Of a stretch of DNA of 64,000 bases, positions 60,490 to 64,000 are shown one piece after another. The position numbers were made by a program, and so were the translations under genes. Where the stretch lies: positions 372,001 through 436,000 of the forward strand of contig JBDOQK010000019.1 in assembly GCA_040437565.1 (NCBI GenBank), written 5' to 3'. The DNA comes from Albugo candida (taxonomy: Eukaryota). Numbering within the stretch: the stretch's first letter is position 1; each line of letters begins with the position of its first letter. A model generated the notes under the pieces. That model was not told the origin of the DNA. It worked only from the letters and a program-made list of their open reading frames with translations, and searched no databases.

Positions 60490-60579
60490 ATTCTGATTCC
60501 AAACTATTGATTCGTGATTTCCAATTTGCATGATAGAGTACAGCTGACATCCATTCTGTGATGATTGAAGAGTGCTTGA

Positions 60580-62786
60580 TTACTGACCGCGTAGTCGCCT
60601 CGATTGTTCGGTGAGCCAAGACAAACTATGACACAAAAGCGAAAACATGACAGCAAACTCTGTGCGTGAATTGTCAGAGCCTTCATGAAAGAAATGCAGT
60701 AAGCTCGCAGCATAAGTCGAAAATGCTGGAACTTGACAAGCCGCAGCGACATGTCGATTGATTTCACGGGCACGGTCACCGCGATGCAGCTCATTGGTGA
60801 CAAGAATGCGATGTTGTGTGCGAAGTGTTTCGATCACTTCTTTTGGGTAATGATCCGCTTCATTCAAAGCACCATACATGAACGCATCCGAATCCAAAGT
60901 GAGCCTTTCAGCTTCCTTGATGCAAAAAAGAGCGCGCTGAAACTCATTCACCTCTAAAAGTCTCGGTTGGATAAGTCGTAAATGATGGAGAATCACCGGG
61001 AAAACCACAAACGAGCCGTCTACAAGCAGCCAGTCGAGGATTCGATACACTGTTTTGCTTGGAAATGTGGTCGTGAACAGACATAGGAGCCACTACAGAT
61101 CATTCGTTTTAGCTTTCGACTACACAAATCGGAGCAAACACATTCACCTGCGATCCGAGCAGTTCCAGCGGCAGATCCACATCTATACTGAAATCGTCTA
61201 GATCTGGCAAATGCTCCGCTACTAGATCTTTGAGCACCCGCATATCGGTTTGCGTGTCCACCATCGACGGTATGTAATAGCGAGGGAATATATCTTCACA
61301 AATAAGTGCCAGTAGCCAGAATATGGTTTCTTCTTCGAAATCCTGCAGCAAAAACGCCACAATAAAATTGAGTCCCTGCAGAAAAATGTCGTCAGTATTA
61401 CGTCTGTCGCCCTCCAAATCGATGTGGACAAACTTGACAGTATCCAATTGCGACATTGCGTATCGAATACGCTTGCAATACTCTTCGCAAAGCAGCTTGA
61501 CCCTTTTTCATAAACTTTTTCGTGCTGAACGTTCTATTCACGTCTAGTTCAATCTGTCGGAAAGCAATAGAATCCAGCGTATCAACTTGCTCCAAAAGAT
61601 TTTCATAATAGCCTGAGCACTCGGATGTTCGCTTTTGTTCTATGGAGAATGAATCAGTAAGCACCCACTAAATTGTAGTTGAGCAACAATTCTCACCTGT
61701 ACAGGATGCATACACAGATGAACGCCAGTGCTTTGGAATACCGACATTTCGAGCCAAATCTCGAAATAATTTATTTTTCGGTTCTTTTAGCCTTCCTTGA
61801 CGCCGCTTTTCAGTAAACTCATCGGGACACCCAAACGCTCTTTCCCAAATTCCACTGCGTTGTTCTTCGCGACATTCCACATACGAACGCAAGTGAAAAT
61901 GCTTCCTTTCTTTGGCCTTGGACGTGTCCCGATCGCAATCGTTCATCGACTTTGGTTCATGCAGAATTCGATCAAAAATCTTTTCCCGTCCTGTTTTGTT
62001 CAGAACACTCTCGACAGCGACTGTCTGGCTTTCATCAGGATGTGTTTCTGATCCTCCACAGAAAATCGTACGTAACCGAAGCTGTCCTCCATTTACTGGA
62101 TCAGTGATACAATACCACTTATCACTGACCGGATCTTGTGTTCGGCATAATTGTGCCAAAGAAACTCGCATCGAGCCAATGTTCCGATCCCCAGCGTCAA
62201 AAGAGTTAGCTTCTACATCATAAGATACCGCAACTTTGCTTCTTTGCATCTCCTTCTCCATACTTTGATCGTGCCATTCTTCAGAAGATACGCGTTGATT
62301 CGTTTCCATGCTATTCAGGCTACTTCCGCTGCAGCTTTGAGTGATATGACTACTGATACTATCACAGCTATTGCTGAGCAATTGCCCACTAACAGTAGCG
62401 GCATTCCATCGCAATTCTTCACATCGTTTATTGCCATCAAAACAGCGAATAGCTCGCTCTCCTTTGCTCGAAAACATGTCGAAATAAAAACTGCATTCAT
62501 TGAATAATTGCACACTAATGAAACCATCCATTGCTTCCTCGCAATTGAAATTCTCAATCTCAAAAATGTGTCGAAATTTGAACTTGATAAATTCTTGTCT
62601 TGGAATTGAAATTGTGTCGGACCGAATGGGAAGACAGTTTGCGCAATCAAAACCGCTGCTTTCGTTCGATTTGTTGCAGTGAGAGTGTAATTGTACCACA
62701 ACATACACATCCGTCATTGCGATTGGTAGCGGATATAAATCACGCACACTTTTGAGTTCCACAAATAAGCGGCGTTTACTGTACAT
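60580..62786 (-). CDS. C2-domain and TBC (Rab-GAP) protein, multi-exon
   Basis: N-terminal C2 strands; GIPKHWRSSVY, QIELDVNRTF (Arg finger), IGYCQ|GLNFIVAFLL (Gln finger), YRILDWLLVDG; 3' end uncertain. Confidence 0.85.
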
Positions 62787-63190
62787 ACGATGGAGAAGGC
62801 TACGTCAGGATTCGCATCAAGCCACTGAAAAAGCAGAATGAAAACCTCATAGCGGCCGATGAGCAATTGGATTCTTTGCCCTAATGTAATGTTCACAAAC
62901 AATTCAATTATGATACATGCTGTGATTCTTCTTAAAGTCAAATTATGTACCGTACCTGAATCGAAAGTACGAATAGCACTTGCAGTAAATAGATCTAGTT
63001 TCTTGCGACACGGAGACATTGCTCATTTGGAAGACAGCAGAAGAGTAACGGCCACTGACCACTTACGATGTCGCAGTCAGCAGAGACCAGTTTGACTACG
63101 AGGTGGGTGGATCCATGTAAAGGCGTTAGAATTGGTATACCCTTTCTGATAACAGATATCAATGATATTTACAAATATAACTTGATTAGC

Positions 63191-64000
63191 ATGCGCGTCG
63201 AACGAAATGCGGCGTTGTCGTACGCTTTTCTTGCTGATGCAGCTCTTTATTCAGTAATTGTCATTGCCAGCCTCGTTCAGCTAAGTCGAAATTGTTGGTA
63301 TTATCGTTCTCTCACCGTACAAAAGATGATACACTTTTTCATGTTTGTTGGATCATTAAGTGCGTTCATTGTCGATTTCAGCATATTGTTTACTGACCAT
63401 TCTATCTCCAGCTCGTACAATCTTCCTCGCATTCGTCGCTTTCGACTGGTGTGATGCTTTAACAGGAAAAATTCATCTTTCTTCGTGTTCTCATCTTGAA
63501 CGTGACACATTTTACATTCTCGATCAATTCCCTATTTTGATGTATGTTGTCATCTACACCATGCTGATCCAATTCTGGGCACAAGTGTATTATAATGCTA
63601 TCAACAACGCACAAAAGCTCCAATATCTCATTCGTCCCGCCCTCAATGTGTGGATACTGGTACGTTATTGACATTTAACGCATCAGCAAAACGCAAGTAA
63701 TCGCTGCTTGCGCTTGATACAGTGCATCATCATCGGACAAAGCATTCTTTGGATTCTTTATGCCACTTGTCTCCGGCGGGAACGTACGTCTCAATTGAGT
63801 TTATTTCTTTTCTCGAAAATGATGTACTCTTTTCACAGGCAATTTTGTCACTCAAAGCGAAGCACTACTCAATTTGTTTATGTTCTCAATAATTACCGCA
63901 GCTTTTGTGTACTTTGGAAGGAAAGCTTATTTGGAGCTCAGGTCTGGTTGTTGGTAGGAATCATAAGTCTTTGACTCTTAATGTTTGTAGATCGATTCCG
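63191..64000 (+). CDS. TOM1/THH1-like (DUF1084) multipass membrane protein, runs off the window
   Basis: ASLVQLSR...LTVQKMIHF...RTIF...LDQFPILMYVVIYTMLIQFWAQVYY, several TM helices, short introns. Confidence 0.75.

Noticed and set aside
1-64000. CRISPR arrays, operons or other prokaryotic systems
   Set aside because: The sequence is eukaryotic with spliceosomal introns; no repeat-spacer array was seen

Overview
Eukaryotic, gene-dense scaffold segment from an oomycete, most like Albugo (white rust). That call is inferred from protein content, very short GT-AG introns (about 35-65 nt), tiny intergenic distances and a flagellar gene. About 24 protein-coding genes are supported: a pseudo-hydrolase/IQ/SAM/ankyrin multidomain gene, a MULE-SWIM transposase derivative, a C2/SRC2-like gene, PP2A scaffold A, PTPA, a SHAQKYF Myb, DDX55, an FN3 protein, CFAP161-EF-hand, HEATR3, PDIA6, enolase, a hypothetical gene, a multi-PH protein, galectin-RRM, Pol kappa, a repeat+J-domain protein, RPL38, PX-PH-PLD, COG4, TTI1, TrmO, a Tudor-knot protein, FEN1, C2-TBC and a TOM1/THH1-like gene. 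The first ~3 kb is repeat- and pseudogene-rich (tRNA-headed SINE candidate, LINE ORF1-like fragment, decayed ORFs). Many 100-N gaps are flanked by direct duplications that are assembly overlaps (the second enolase, duplicated PLD/TTI1/CFAP161 segments). One such duplicate is ~4% diverged and may be real. The most unusual items are a signal-peptide protein with at least 9 tandem two-cysteine ~62-aa repeats ending in an HPD-less J domain, a galectin-fold/RRM fusion, a catalytically degenerate but intact Mutator transposase, a Ser-less alpha/beta-hydrolase fused to IQ-SAM-ANK, and a head-to-head PP2A-A/PTPA pair. All family calls come from motif recognition by eye. No database searches were run, and exon boundaries are approximate.
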